DNA of 62,685 bases, counting the filler, from Chiloscyllium plagiosum (Eukaryota), in NCBI RefSeq assembly GCF_004010195.1. It is 5 parts of one record of this genome, joined end to end, with 100 filler letters (N's around TTAATTAATTAA, not from the genome) between each part and the next. Parts side by side here need not be neighbours in the genome. Positions count along the whole stretch, not along the records: positions 1 to 25,276 come from NC_057711.1; positions 25,377 to 35,379 come from NC_057711.1; positions 35,480 to 50,437 come from NC_057711.1; 2 more parts are not named here. The stretch is one strand, 5' to 3'. Positions 24,679-36,164 of the stretch are shown here, one piece after another. The notes under the pieces were generated by a model. The model searched no databases and was not told the origin of the DNA. It worked only from the letters and a program-made list of their open reading frames with translations. Positions within the stretch are counted from its first letter, which is position 1; each line of letters starts with the position of its first letter. The position numbers were made by a program, and so were the translations under genes.

Positions 24679-25276
24679 CTGAATTAGTGGTGCTGGAAGA
24701 GCACAGCAGATCATGCAGTATCCGAGGAACAGTAAAATTGACGTTTCGGGCAAAAGCCCTTCATCAGGAATAAAGGCCGAGAGCCTGAAGGGTGGAGATA
24801 TAAGTGAGAGGAGGGTGGGAATGGGGAAAAAGCATCATAGAGTTCAATAGTGAATGGGGGAGGGGATGAAGGTGATAAGTCGGGGGGAGGGTGCAATGGA
24901 TGTGGAAAAGTAGGACAAGTCATAGGGAAATGAAGAAACTGTTGAAGTCCACATTGATGCCCTGGGTTTGAAGTGTTCCGAGGCAGAAGATGAGGTGTTC
25001 TTCCTCCAGACGTCTGGTGGTGAAGGAGCGGCGGTAAAGGAGGCCCAGGACCTCTATGTCCTCGGCAAAGTGGGAGGGCGAATGGAAATGTTGGGCCACA
25101 GGGCGGTGTGTTTGATTGGTGCACCAATCAGCCACACTGCCCTGTGGCCCAACATTTCACTCACCTATTGTACTCTATGCTATGTTTTCCCCACCCCCAC
25201 CATCCTCTCACTTATCTCTCCACACTTGAGGCTCTCTGCCTGTATTCCTGATGAAGGGTTTTTGCCCGAAACGTCG
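24679..25276. mobile_element. Head-to-head inverted PLE insertion with two outward-facing hammerheads
   Basis: Minus arm at 24679-25121 (RPVAQHFHSPSH...RRLEEEHLIFCLGTL; hammerhead 24736-24771) and plus arm at 25122-25276 (hammerhead 25244-25276). Confidence 0.82.
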
Positions 25277-26507
25277 NNNNNNNNNNNNNNNNNNNNNNNN
25301 NNNNNNNNNNNNNNNNNNNNTTAATTAATTAANNNNNNNNNNNNNNNNNNNNNNNNNNNNNNNNNNNNNNNNNNNNTAATGAGAGGCATAGATAGAGTCG
25401 ATAGCCAGAGACTATTTCCCAGGGCAGAAATGGCTAACACTCGGGGTCATAGTTTTAGGCTGGTTGGAGGAAAGTATAGAGGGGATGTCAGAGGCGGGTT
25501 CTTTACACAGAGAGTTGTGAGAGCTTGGAATGCGTTGCCAGCAGCAGTTGTGGAAGCAAGGTCATTGGGGACATTTAAGAGACTACTGGACATGCATATG
25601 GTCACAGAAATTTGAGGGTGCATACATGAGGATCAGTGGTACGGCACAACATCGTGGGCTGAAGGGCATGTTCTGTTCTGTACTGTTCTATGTTCTAGAT
25701 CTGTTGGGGTTGTGAGAGGAAGAGTGCCCCTGAGCACTCTGTTAAAATGAAACACAGCTGATTTAACTTGGTCAGAGCTCTTTGGCAGCCCTTGCTCTTT
25801 GGATTTTATGATACTAGAATTTCAGGTTGCAACTGTACTTGGGTCCATTCCCATACTTTGGGAAGATCAGCTGTAGGGCTTCTGAAATGCCCAAGAAAGG
25901 ATGTAGTGGCAATCAAACATAACCATCCTGTTTATTCAACACAATGTGTCCTGCCATTGCATTGGAATGGGATGCCTGTGTTACTGGTGTTTTCGCTGTG
26001 TACCTTGAACATTAAATTGGAACCAGTCTGTCTGTACATGTGGTGCAGCTGAAATCATCATTGGGTGCCTGGTGTCTACTGATTGCTTGTCATCCACACT
26101 TTTGTCCTCTTTGCCTGCCCAATTAGCTGAATTGCTCCCCACTTCCTGTGTTGCTTTGCTTACTGATCTGCTCACCTCCCTTCTTACCCATTGACATGTG
26201 GCTCCCCTTGCCACATTCCTTACTCACCACCTCACTCGCCAACCCCCTTACTGAGTCACTTAATGTCCCACTTACTGCTATAGACAAGATCTGAACACTT
26301 CAGTAAACAAAATATGAACCTGAAATATATATCTAAGTTTTAAATAGACTGTGCTTTTTGAATTACAATTAGTTCTATTCCATGTTCATGCAGATAGCCA
26401 ACTGCGACATTGTTGGTAATGATGTCACATGCACTATGACTCCAGGCACGGTGAGTCAGTTCCCTGCAGTTTCAGTGGCAGCAAATACAGACTTTTTTGA
26501 AATAACA

Positions 26508-26910
26508 GGGCTGTTTTCCCTGGAGCGTCGAAGATTGAGGAATGACCTAATAGAGGTTTATAAAATCATGAGGGGCATAGATAGGTATAAGACAAGGTCT
26601 TGTCACTGGGTTCGGGAGTCTAGAACTAGAGGACTTAGGTTTAGGGTGAGAGGGGAAAGATTTAAAAAGGACCTAAGGGGCAACTTTTTCATACAGAGGG
26701 TGGTGCGTGTGTGGTGAGAGCTGCTCGAGGAAGTGTTGGAGGCTAGTAAAAATTGAAACATTTAAAAGGCATCTGGATGGGTATATGAACAGGGACGGTT
26801 TATAGGGATATGGGCCAAGTGCTGGCAAATGGGACTAGACTAATTTAGGGTATCTGGTTGCATGGATGAGTTGGACTGAAGGATCTGTTTCTATGATTGT
26901 ATGACTATGA
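26508..26910 (+). mobile_element. CR1 3' fragment
   Basis: Peptide GLFSLERRRLRNDLIEVYKIMRG...GNFFIQRVVRVW and a degenerate ctatga tail. Confidence 0.9.
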
Positions 26911-27329
26911 ATCTCGTAACTAGAATGTTGTTGCAGCATAACTTTTTATGAAGATAGATACTGTTCACAGTTATTTCACTAAAGCAGCTTTCTAACTCTT
27001 CAGATATTTAAAGTTAACAAAAAATTGATTTTTACTTTTGGACTTTTCCAAATTAACTTCTTGTTTAAAAATGAAACATAACAAAAGGTGAAATGTTTGA
27101 AATTGTTTGACAAAATATTTAAGGAATTACATAAATGTTTTACAATTATGCACATTTTTATGACTTGGCTTCTATAAATATTTTAATTTGAAATCTGGGT
27201 AGCTTGTGGTAACAAAATATACTTTGAAAGTTGTAGGGGATTTTCAGATCCCCCAAATCTTAATTAACTGATTTGAATACAGTATTTCCTTCCTAACTTT
27301 CAAAATGCACAGTTATTTTCCTCTATCAT

Positions 27330-27775
27330 GCATTATTCCCCACATAAAAATGAAAGACTTGCCACAGTTATCATGTCTACGAAAGGAGTTAACAACCACT
27401 GGACCACTTTTGTAGTGTAGCCCCTGTTATAAAGTAGGAAAATATTGTAATGTAGCCAATTTGTACAGAGCAAGCTCGCTCAAGCAATAATATAGTAATG
27501 ACCTGTTCATTTTTTTTGTGATGTTGCTTGAGCTAAATTCTTGACCAGGACACTAGTGGAGACTCCACTAATTTTCTTCAAAATGGCTTTGTAGGACCTT
27601 TTGCAGTCACCTTTGACAGTAAGTGGGAACTCTGTTTAATGTTTCCCCCAACCACACAACATTCTTTCTGTACTGCACTGGAACGCCAATTTAGGTTTTT
27701 ACACACAAGTCTCTGGAGTGGGCCTCAAGGCCACAATGTGCAATTGAACTCACAGGCACGAGAGCCACAGCTGAT
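27330..27775 (-). mobile_element. Deu-domain SINE, degenerate
   Basis: Reverse-complement similarity to 9570-9905 (gaccaggacac...ttcttcaaaat...gaccttttg...ctgtactgcactgga). Confidence 0.55.
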
Positions 27776-27829
27776 GAATAAGGAGAAAACATAGGTCATC
27801 CAAAACTGGAATTATCTGCATGATATGAA

Positions 27830-28335
27830 AATAGGAATTAAGAACAGGAGTAGACAAGTCATCCCCCCGAACATGTCCCACCATTTAGTACAATTATGCT
27901 TGATCTCATGTTGGCCTCAACTCCACTTTCCTGTCTGGTCTGCATAACTCTTAGCCCATTACTAATAAAAAAATCTATCTATCTCCTCCTTAAATCTATT
28001 CAGTGTCCTGAAGTCCACCATATTCTGCGATAGTGAATTCCACAGATTCACAACCCTGTAAGAGAGGTAATTTCTCATCTCCTTTTTAAATCTGCCACTC
28101 CTTTGTCTAAAACTATGATCTCCCATTCTAGATTGCCCCACAGGGGGAAGTATCTGCATTATGTCTACTTTTCAGTCCTCTTTAAGATCATATATACCTC
28201 AATTTGTTCTCCTCTGAATCTTCTAAACTCTAGCACGTTTAGGCTTAAACTGTTCAATCTTTCCCCATAAAACAAGCCTTTCATCTCTGGATTTAGTCTT
28301 GCAAACTTTCTCTGAACTGTCTTCAATGCAATTAA
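27830..28335 (-). mobile_element. Old CR1 3' remnant
   Basis: Minus-strand peptides VQRKFARL...LEFRRFRGE and RVVNLWNSL. Confidence 0.75.
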
Positions 28336-29999
28336 AGGAAATTTTCTTGGGAGGCAATGGGCAACTGAATGTGAACTTTGTACTTGTCTTCTCTTCATAA
28401 AATGGTTGAAATCTGACTTTTTAGGAACTTTGAAAGGCAATTTGGCATGTACTTGGAGAAAATTAATTTGAAGGGTAATGTGGAAATGTGGGATCAAATT
28501 GGACAGTTGTTTCAAACAGTCAGCACAGGTAACATTTTTCTATGCTGGATGAATTCTATGGTAATTTATAAAATATAATTTTCTACTGCACTATTTTGTA
28601 AATTAACAAAATTTAGTAAAATTCATTTACATATCCACAACATATTAATTGTAAATAAAGTCTAACTATGTCAAACTCTGGTGAGCTTATTAAACAAAAC
28701 TTACCTCTCATAAATCTATTTGATTTTGTCTTATCTCAGTATGGCTAGAACTATTTGAGTTACATGTAGTATAATAAGCACAGATATGATAATAAGATGG
28801 TGATGCATATAATGATGCAACAGTGACGACAGCAGTAAAAGGCAAGAGACTGTGAAAGAAGGAACGTTTATTCTGTATTAGTGACAGATGCAGTTACAGG
28901 GAACAGTGTTAGCTACAAGATAAATTTGTAAATAAAGGATTTTTACAGAAATCTACCACAGTCAGACAGCAGTTACTCAAGACTAAGAAGATATCATTAC
29001 AGGCCACAAACCACTAGAAGAGACAAGGATGGCCATTTCTTTAATGTGGAGGATAGAACCCCAAACCACAAGCCTCGAGACAACATTCTCAAACTATTAT
29101 GTACCTTTTTTTTTAACCCTTTCCATTTCCTCACATATTTCTTTTAAACACCCATAATCAGTGGGAATAAATTATTGTGAGAATATATGTTGAATTCTAA
29201 ACTAAACATTACATTATGTTCAATTGAATTGTTAATGCTACCATTACATTGCTTAATTCAATATGTTAATGGACCTCAGCCAAGGCTTTTAAGTAGTTGG
29301 TCAATCTGGCAGATTTTGTTTGCATTCAGTTACTTATCCCTGCTCTAATTCTTGAAGGAGCACTAAGGTGCGCAGGGAGATATTCAAAAAGGAAAACACA
29401 GATTTTAAAAATAAGCTGAAGAGGGAGTCAAGAAAATTAACGACACCTGCAGCTCCCCTCCAACACTAAATTTCCACCAAATTCAGGCACCACAGGACAC
29501 CGGGCCTCATCAATGATCAACATTTGGCACACATTTTCAGTTTGGCTGTTTTGCACTGTACTGTCCTCACTTTGTTGGATAGCTTTGTAATTGCATTTGT
29601 CTGCTGGCAATTGATGTATCAGCCAAAACAGAATAAGGCCTCCAAGTTTCTGAGGAAGGGTCATTGGACTGAAATTTTCTGTCCAAGATGCAGCCAGACC
29701 TGCTGAGCTTTTCCAGCAATTTCTGCTTTTGTTTCTGGTTGACAGCATCCCCAGTTCTTTTGGTTTCTACAAACTTAGAACCCTGGTGTAACATAGGTGA
29801 AAATCTTGGACGTTGGGTGCTAATGACTGCACCTTTACAAGCTTAATTGTTGCCTGGGAGTTGTGGCCTCGATCAGGCATTTCTCTTGATTTTGATCTCG
29901 AAGTTGTGGGACCCACAACCTTTCATGCGCATCACTTCCCTGTTCCCCCCATAGAATGAAAGTAAGAACAGTTGACTAACTTTAAAAATCAAGTCAATT

Positions 30000-30771
30000 C
30001 CCTTAAGATGTGCGGTCAGGAGGGGCCTGGTGGGGCCCGGTCAAGTTTGGGAGCTTGCCCTTTTAAGAGGTGGTGTCCTTTCCGGATTGAGCTGAGGCGA
30101 GGGTAGGGAAGAGGCGGACTGAAAGTGACGGGCACATCATCAGCCCTGCAAGAGGGGGGAAGCAAGACCCAGAGACACACATTGTCTACCAGTTGATGAG
30201 TGCAGTGGAAAAGGCAAAACTAACTCCTCTCCCTTGGATGTTTTGAGAGAGGGGGAAATTCTGTAACGTTTTTGGAGGAATAAGCAGCTACTCCTGGAGG
30301 TTTGAACACACACAAGAAGAATATTTCAAACATTTAGAGGGAGAGAGACAGAGGGGGAGAAAAAAAGACACCCCCCCTTCCCCCCAAGTGATTTGACAAG
30401 AAGGTAGGAGAGGTTTTCATTCACGGGAGAGGAGACATGGTAAATTTGTGATTTTTTTTTACCCTTTGAACAACCCACATGTGAACCAGAGAGAGAGAGA
30501 GAGAGACACTCAGGAAAATGTAGGATCTGCAACAGCAAATAAGAGAGGGTTGGTTGGCCGTCTTTCTAATTTTATCTTGTTCGTGTCGTTATTTTTTTTG
30601 CTGGTTGTCGATTGTAATTTTTAAAAGAAAATCGTTCTTCTCCTCCTTCCCCCCCCCCCCCCCCGGTCCAGGTGTCGGTTCCCGAGTCTCTCAAAGTGCC
30701 TTCTACATGTTTGCAAGTGTTATGGACGTGAGTGTGTTCAAAAGGAGGAGAGGGTCGAGTTGGGAGATGCG
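30000..30771 (+). promoter_or_regulatory. Putative promoter/5'UTR of the SNX25-like gene
   Basis: Repeat-free and locally GC/CpG-richer, directly upstream of a first-exon-like CDS. Contains an ETS-like TTTCCGG (~30079), a GC-box-like GAGGCGGA (~30111), a (GA)n tract (~30488) and a poly-C tract (~30649). The TSS cannot be located. Confidence 0.5.
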
Positions 30772-31047
30772 ATGGTCACTATGTGTCCTGATGGCAGCCG
30801 CGGTTACTACTTGCTCCTGGCCGGACTCTGCCTCTTCGCCGCCTCTTGCTTCCACTCCGAGGACGAGTTTCCCTCCCTTCTGGCCTGGCTCTTCTGCAGG
30901 CTCCTCTTCTACTCGGCCCTGAGCCTGGGCAGCCTGCTGCTGGGCACCCTCCTGGTCCTGGCCAAGCAGAGCCGCCTCAAGCCACTCCGCTTCCCCAGAG
31001 AGATGGACAGGTCGCCCGGGGCTCCCCAGCTTCTGCGCCAGCTCACG
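30772..31047 (+). CDS. SNX25: First coding exon of a membrane-anchored protein, probably sorting nexin 25 (PXA-RGS-PX family)
   Basis: Start in good Kozak context (gcgATGG); 92 codons MVTMCPDGSRGYYLLLAGLCLFAASCF...WLFCRLLFYSALSLGSLLLGTLLVLAKQSRLKPLRF...QLLRQLT. Two hydrophobic segments, GC3-rich codons and an ACG|GTAAGG phase-0 donor. Resembles the recalled SNX25 long-isoform N-terminus (LFRLSLYLSC...FLLGILFAL...PPDF). No second exon was recognised in the window. Confidence 0.62.
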
Positions 31048-31076
31048 GTAAGGTGTACAACTCTCGGACACGCAGG

Positions 31077-31900
31077 ACTTGCATTTATGTAGCGCCTTTA
31101 ACGCTGATGACTCTTCACAGGGAGCATTCATGATCCTGCGCGAGCATAAGGATAAAAAACATTCAAATAGTGCTAGACAATTCAGATTGTGTAAGGGCAA
31201 TATTTCTTGATTTCTTGTCAGACTTAAAGCAAACCTAAAATGTCATTGGAGGTCTGTACTATTCAAGCCAACGCATTTGGAAGTTTCTGTTGTCTTTCAA
31301 ATCACTTAATACCGTTTAGGACCATGTAGTCAGATTCCAATTTGGTCCAGTTTGACTAACTGGACTGAACGTGGAACTATTATGTCAGTTGACCCAAAAG
31401 TTGGGTTAAAAAGTAGGCGTTGCCTTAAAGGGGGAAAGTACGGAGAAAATGTGTTGGGGAAGTAGTTCTACAATTTGGGACTTAAAGTAGCTGAAGGCAT
31501 GACCACTGAAATTGGCAGTACATAATGCCAGAATTATAGGAGTCCATGTGGGGCTTGAGAATCTGGAAGGTTTTTGTTTCTAGGGAGAGGGGTGATAGTG
31601 TGTGAAGCCTTATAGGGATAAGAGGAAAAAAAACGAAAATTTAAAATTCAAGCCATGCTTGAATGGGAGCTGGGGAGATTGGAATTTTCTGTGACATTGG
31701 ATAAGAGCAGAAGAGTTTTGTCAAACTTCAAGTTTACAGAGGGTATAATGTGGGAGATGCCAAGATTGTGTTGGTGTAAGAGGATATACATTTTTCACTG
31801 AGACGTGAGCTGAGACAGGTGGTCAGGCATTGTAATGGAAGTGAAATGAGTTGGTGTGAGTGATGCATAAATATCAGATTGGAAACTCATCTTGTGATCA
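31077..31900 (-). mobile_element. Old L2-like LINE 3' remnant
   Basis: acttgcatttatgtagcgcctttaac resembles a reversed L2/Deu-SINE 3' tail and is followed by degenerate purine-rich L2-like blocks. Confidence 0.45.
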
Positions 31901-31902
31901 GA

Positions 31903-33836
31903 TATGATATCAACACATGTACATTTTAAAAAAAAGTTGGTGATTTATTTGGATTCAAAGTAAATTCTCTCCAAAACAGTCGAGGAAAGGAACGAGAGGG
32001 GAGGTGATTCTCTTTTTTTATGAATAATGGTCCGTTCCCTGAAAGAAAGCAGATATAAGAAGGAATTTCAAAGGAGGAATTGGATGTATAGTTGAAAGGA
32101 ATGTTTTTTATAAAAGGGCTACGGGGAAAGGTTTTATTCTTGAATTAATTGGATAACTTGACTAAAGAGGCAGCAGAGGCTTCCTTCTATGTTGCAAGGT
32201 TCTATGATACATGATTATGATTCAATTGGAACCCTACTCTAACACTAAAGCAAAGAACTGTAGATGTCAAAAATCTGAAATATCAACAGAATGCTAGAAA
32301 TACGCAGCAGGTCAGGCAGCATTTGTGGAGAGAAACAAGTAACCCTTTGAGGCTAAGTTTTTTTTGTTAGAATGAAATGTATTCTCTTGGTGACTTGGCA
32401 TTTACTTCACCTCCAAACTTTATTCCTTTCTGGCGGACATTAATATGATCAGAACATTGTTGAGAATTCAAATAAGACTGGGTCCATGTATGCTGATATT
32501 AATATGGTATATTTCATGCTGGCCTGAAAAGATGGCTATCAATTTGATACGGAAATTAATTTCCACTTCTATGCTAGGCTCAAATGCAGGTTCTGCTTTG
32601 GTATTAAAGTACGTTTTGTTCTCGCTGTCCGCAGCTTGTTCTCTCTTCCTGACCTCTTCCTTTTATTCCTGCTATCTTTGTCTGCAGGCTCATATTTGGT
32701 CTCTCCAGTTATTGCTCCTGGTCAGCAGTTTCTCATCCATTTTTCCTCCTGTTTATGCCATATTAAGAACTACAGTATACTTTCCTCTTTTTTAAATTAT
32801 AATTGTCGTGGCCTGAAAGTGGGTAGGTTGGTGAGTGTAACTTAATTGCACCCTGATTTTTGAACCTATTCTGTAGTGAAGTTATTATTTTCTGTGAACT
32901 CGATGACTCCTAATGTGCATTGGTGAAATGGAAAGGCTCCATATATAGGTATAAGTTGTTAACTGGTCACCCTGTGATGGAGCCACATGCAATCATATTT
33001 GTGTTTTTCTTTCTATGAATTGTCTATTTCAAGGAAATAAATTATTTAAAAACCTCAATTATCATCACTGCCATGGAATTCTTTGGTATCCTTTTGTAAA
33101 CATTCAATTTTGGAACTAGTGTGTCAAGTTGGAATTGTTTCATGCAGCAAGTATATGGAGTATTTGTTGTGTCTTCAAAACAGTTACAGAGATGCCAGTC
33201 TCCTCATGGGTTAATAATTCTAGAGTTCAGTTGCAAAAACATTTTACTTTTGCAAGATGATGGATAGTGGCACCAATCATCTCTCCTACATAGTGTTTAG
33301 GCAGATGATTATTGGATCAACCGCACCAAGTTCTGTTTGCTTTATATCAGCTATGATATCAACACATTTACATTTTATTTATTTGGATTGAAAGTAAATA
33401 CTCTCCAAAAACAGTCGAGGAAAGGAACGAAAGGGGAGGTGATTCTCTCTTTTTATGAATAATGGTCCATTCCCTGAAAGGAAGCAGATATGAGGGAATT
33501 TCAAAGGAGGAATTGGATGTATAGTTGAAAGGATTTTTTCTTCTTTTTTGAAAGGGCTATAGGGAGAGGTCTTATTCTGGAATGAATTGGATAACTTGAC
33601 CAAAGAGGAGCAGAGGCTTCCTTCTATGCTGCAAGATTCTATGAAACGCGATTATGATTCAGTAGGAGCCCTACTCTAACACTAAAGCAAAGTACTGTAG
33701 ATGTCAAAAATGTGAAACCACAACAGAATGCCAGAAATACACAGCAGGTCAGGCAGCATTTGTGGAGAGAACCAAGTTACCCTTTGAGGCTAAGTTTTGT
33801 TAGAATGAAATGTATTCTCTTGGTGACTGGCATTTA
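31903..33836. repeat. Diverged ~500-bp direct duplication (31903-32404 and 33353-33836)
   Basis: Both copies run from tatgatatcaacacat.tacatttta to gtattctcttggtgac.tggcattta, with scattered substitutions and indels. Confidence 0.9.
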
Positions 33837-34601
33837 GATGCAGTGAGAAAAACAAAGTGAGAAGTTACAGGAGGGAATTGCAGAGGAGGGAGGGCCAAGA
33901 ATAATTGAAATTTGCCACAAGAGAAGAACAGTAGAAAGATTATATATAAAGAGGTATGAAGTGCATATAGGAATTATAGTCTGTGTAATTGACTTTGAAG
34001 ACATTACAAATACTCTGCACTTGCAGCTTGAAACAATCCCAAACCATATTGAACACTCGCCCCAAAACTCAATGTTAAAAGTAGTGAAGAAGAATTCCAG
34101 GGCATTGATATTTTTTAGGCTGTTTGAACGATAGCATGTTACTTCATGTGAATCATCAAATGAGTCTTAGAAAGTGTTCTATCTCTTTGAAATGGACTTC
34201 TTTTTTCTCTCCGACCACAAAGAAGGACGCAAGTATACGACTGTAGGTGTCACAAGGTGGCCACTTAACAGCTCACATTTATATAAGGTAGAGTGAGGCA
34301 GTGGAGGGATTTAAAAATAAAATTGAGAAGTTAATGTAGAGCAATGAGGACGAGGACATTGGTGTACAGAATTTGATGCGAGGTGTTACAAACACTTTCA
34401 GGGTAAAAGAGTAACTAGAGAGAGAATAGGGCTCCATAAAGATCAAAGGAGATAGGTGAGGTACTAAATGAATATTTTGCATGAACTTGGGGAATTGATG
34501 TCTTGAAAGGAATTCATATTGCAGAAGAGGAGGTCTTAAAATGCATGAAGGTAGAGAAATTCATAGAACATAGAACAATACAGCACAGAACAAACCCTTC
34601 T

Positions 34602-35219
34602 ATATTGAGTATAGAAGCAAAGAGGTGCTTCTGCAGCTGTACAGGGCCCTGGTGAGACCATACCTGGAGTACTGTGTGCAATTCTGGTCTCCAAATTTGA
34701 GAAAAGACATTCTGGCTATTGAGGGAGTGCAGCGAAGGTTCACGAGGTCAATTCCTGGAATGGCAGGATTACCTTACACTGAAAGACTGAAGCGACTGGG
34801 CTTGTATACCCTTGAGTTTCGAAGACTGAGAGGGGATCTGATTGAGACGCATCAGATTATGAAAGGATTGGACACTCTGGCAGTAGGAAACATATTTCCA
34901 CTGATGGGTGAGTGCCGAACCAGAGGACACAGCTTAAAAATACTGGGTTGACCATTTAGGACAGAGCTCAGGAGAAACTTCTTCACCCAGAGAGTGGTGG
35001 CTGTGTGGAATGCTCTGCCCCAGAGGGCAGTGGAGGCCCACTCTCTGGATTCATTTAAGAAAGAGTTGGATAGAGCTCTCAAAGATAGTGGAATCAAGGG
35101 TTATGGAGATAAGGCAGGAACAGGATACTGATTAGGAATGATCAGCCATGATTATATTGAATGGCGGTGCAGGCTTGAAGGTCTGAATGGCCTACTCCTG
35201 CACCTATTGTCTATTGTCT
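34602..35219 (+). mobile_element. CR1 3' fragment inserted in the 3'UTR of the minus-strand CR1
   Basis: Peptide LYRALVRPYLEYCVQFWSP and a ctattgtctattgtc tail. Same subfamily as 15270-16935. Confidence 0.9.
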
Positions 35220-36025
35220 TTGGCCCACGATGTTGTGCCGAACATTTGTCCTAGCTTAAGCTATCCAATTGCCGCTTAAAGATCACCAATGATTCTGACT
35301 CTGCCATTCCCACAGGCAGCGCATTCCATGCCCCCACCACTCTCTGGGTAAAGAACCTACCTCTGACATCCCCCCCCCCNNNNNNNNNNNNNNNNNNNNN
35401 NNNNNNNNNNNNNNNNNNNNNNNTTAATTAATTAANNNNNNNNNNNNNNNNNNNNNNNNNNNNNNNNNNNNNNNNNNNNCAGATATTCATAAATCCTATC
35501 CCTCAGTACCCTTTCCATTACTTTGCCTACCACCGAAGTAAGACTAACTGGCCTGTAATTCCCAGGGTTATCCCTATTCCCTTTTTTGAACAGGGGCACA
35601 ACATTCGCCACTCTCCAGTCCCCTGGTACCACCCCCATTGACAGTGAAGACGAAAAGATCATTGCCAATGGTTCTGCAATTTCCTCTCTTGCTTCCCACA
35701 TAATCCTAGGATATATTCCGTCAGGCCCGGGGGACTTGTCTATCCTCCAGTTTTTCAAAATGCCCAACACATCTTCCTTCCTAACAAGTATCTCTTCTAG
35801 CTTACCAGACCGTTTCATACTCTCCTCTTCAACAATGCAGTCCCTCTCATTTGTAAATACTGAAGAAAAGTACTCATTCAAGACCTCTCCTAACTCTTCT
35901 GACTCAATACACAGTCGACTGTCCTTGATCAGACGTACCCTCGTTCTCGTCATTCTCATGTTTCTCACATCCGCATAAAAGGCCTTGGGGTTATCCTTGA
36001 TCCTACCCGCCAAAGATTTTTCATG

Positions 36026-36164
36026 GAGGAGAAAGTGAGGGCTGCAGATGCTGGAGATCAGAGCTGAAAATGTGTTGCTGGAAAAGCGCAGCAGGTCAGG
36101 CAGCATCCAGGGAACAGGAATCTCCTGTTCCCTGGATGCTGCCTGACCTGCTGCGCTTTTCCAG
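36026..36164. mobile_element. Fold-back PLE-terminus insertion
   Basis: 15-bp TSD caaagatttttcatg (36011-36025 and 36165-36179). Perfect 45-bp inverted arms at 36075-36119 and 36123-36167. Confidence 0.88.

Larger units (their letters stand above)
20085..25698 (+). mobile_element. Full-length-like CR1 LINE carrying three nested PLE insertions
   Basis: ORF1 zinc finger/zipper CSSCMM...CRKCTQL..L...V.ELE.EL and esterase VIGDSIVKG and VHVGTNEI. Endonuclease AISETW, RT at 23191-24300, and a tgttctatgttcta tail. Confidence 0.93.

Noticed and set aside
25321..25332. TTAATTAATTAA islands inside N runs (also 35424-35435, 50482-50493 and 56802-56813)
   Set aside because: An identical palindromic six-frame-stop 12-mer centred in ~100-nt gaps is an artificial scaffold linker, not biology.
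30703..31200. 165-aa minus-strand ORF over the first exon
   Set aside because: It is the antisense shadow of a GC3-rich Leu/Phe-rich exon, with no recognisable domain.
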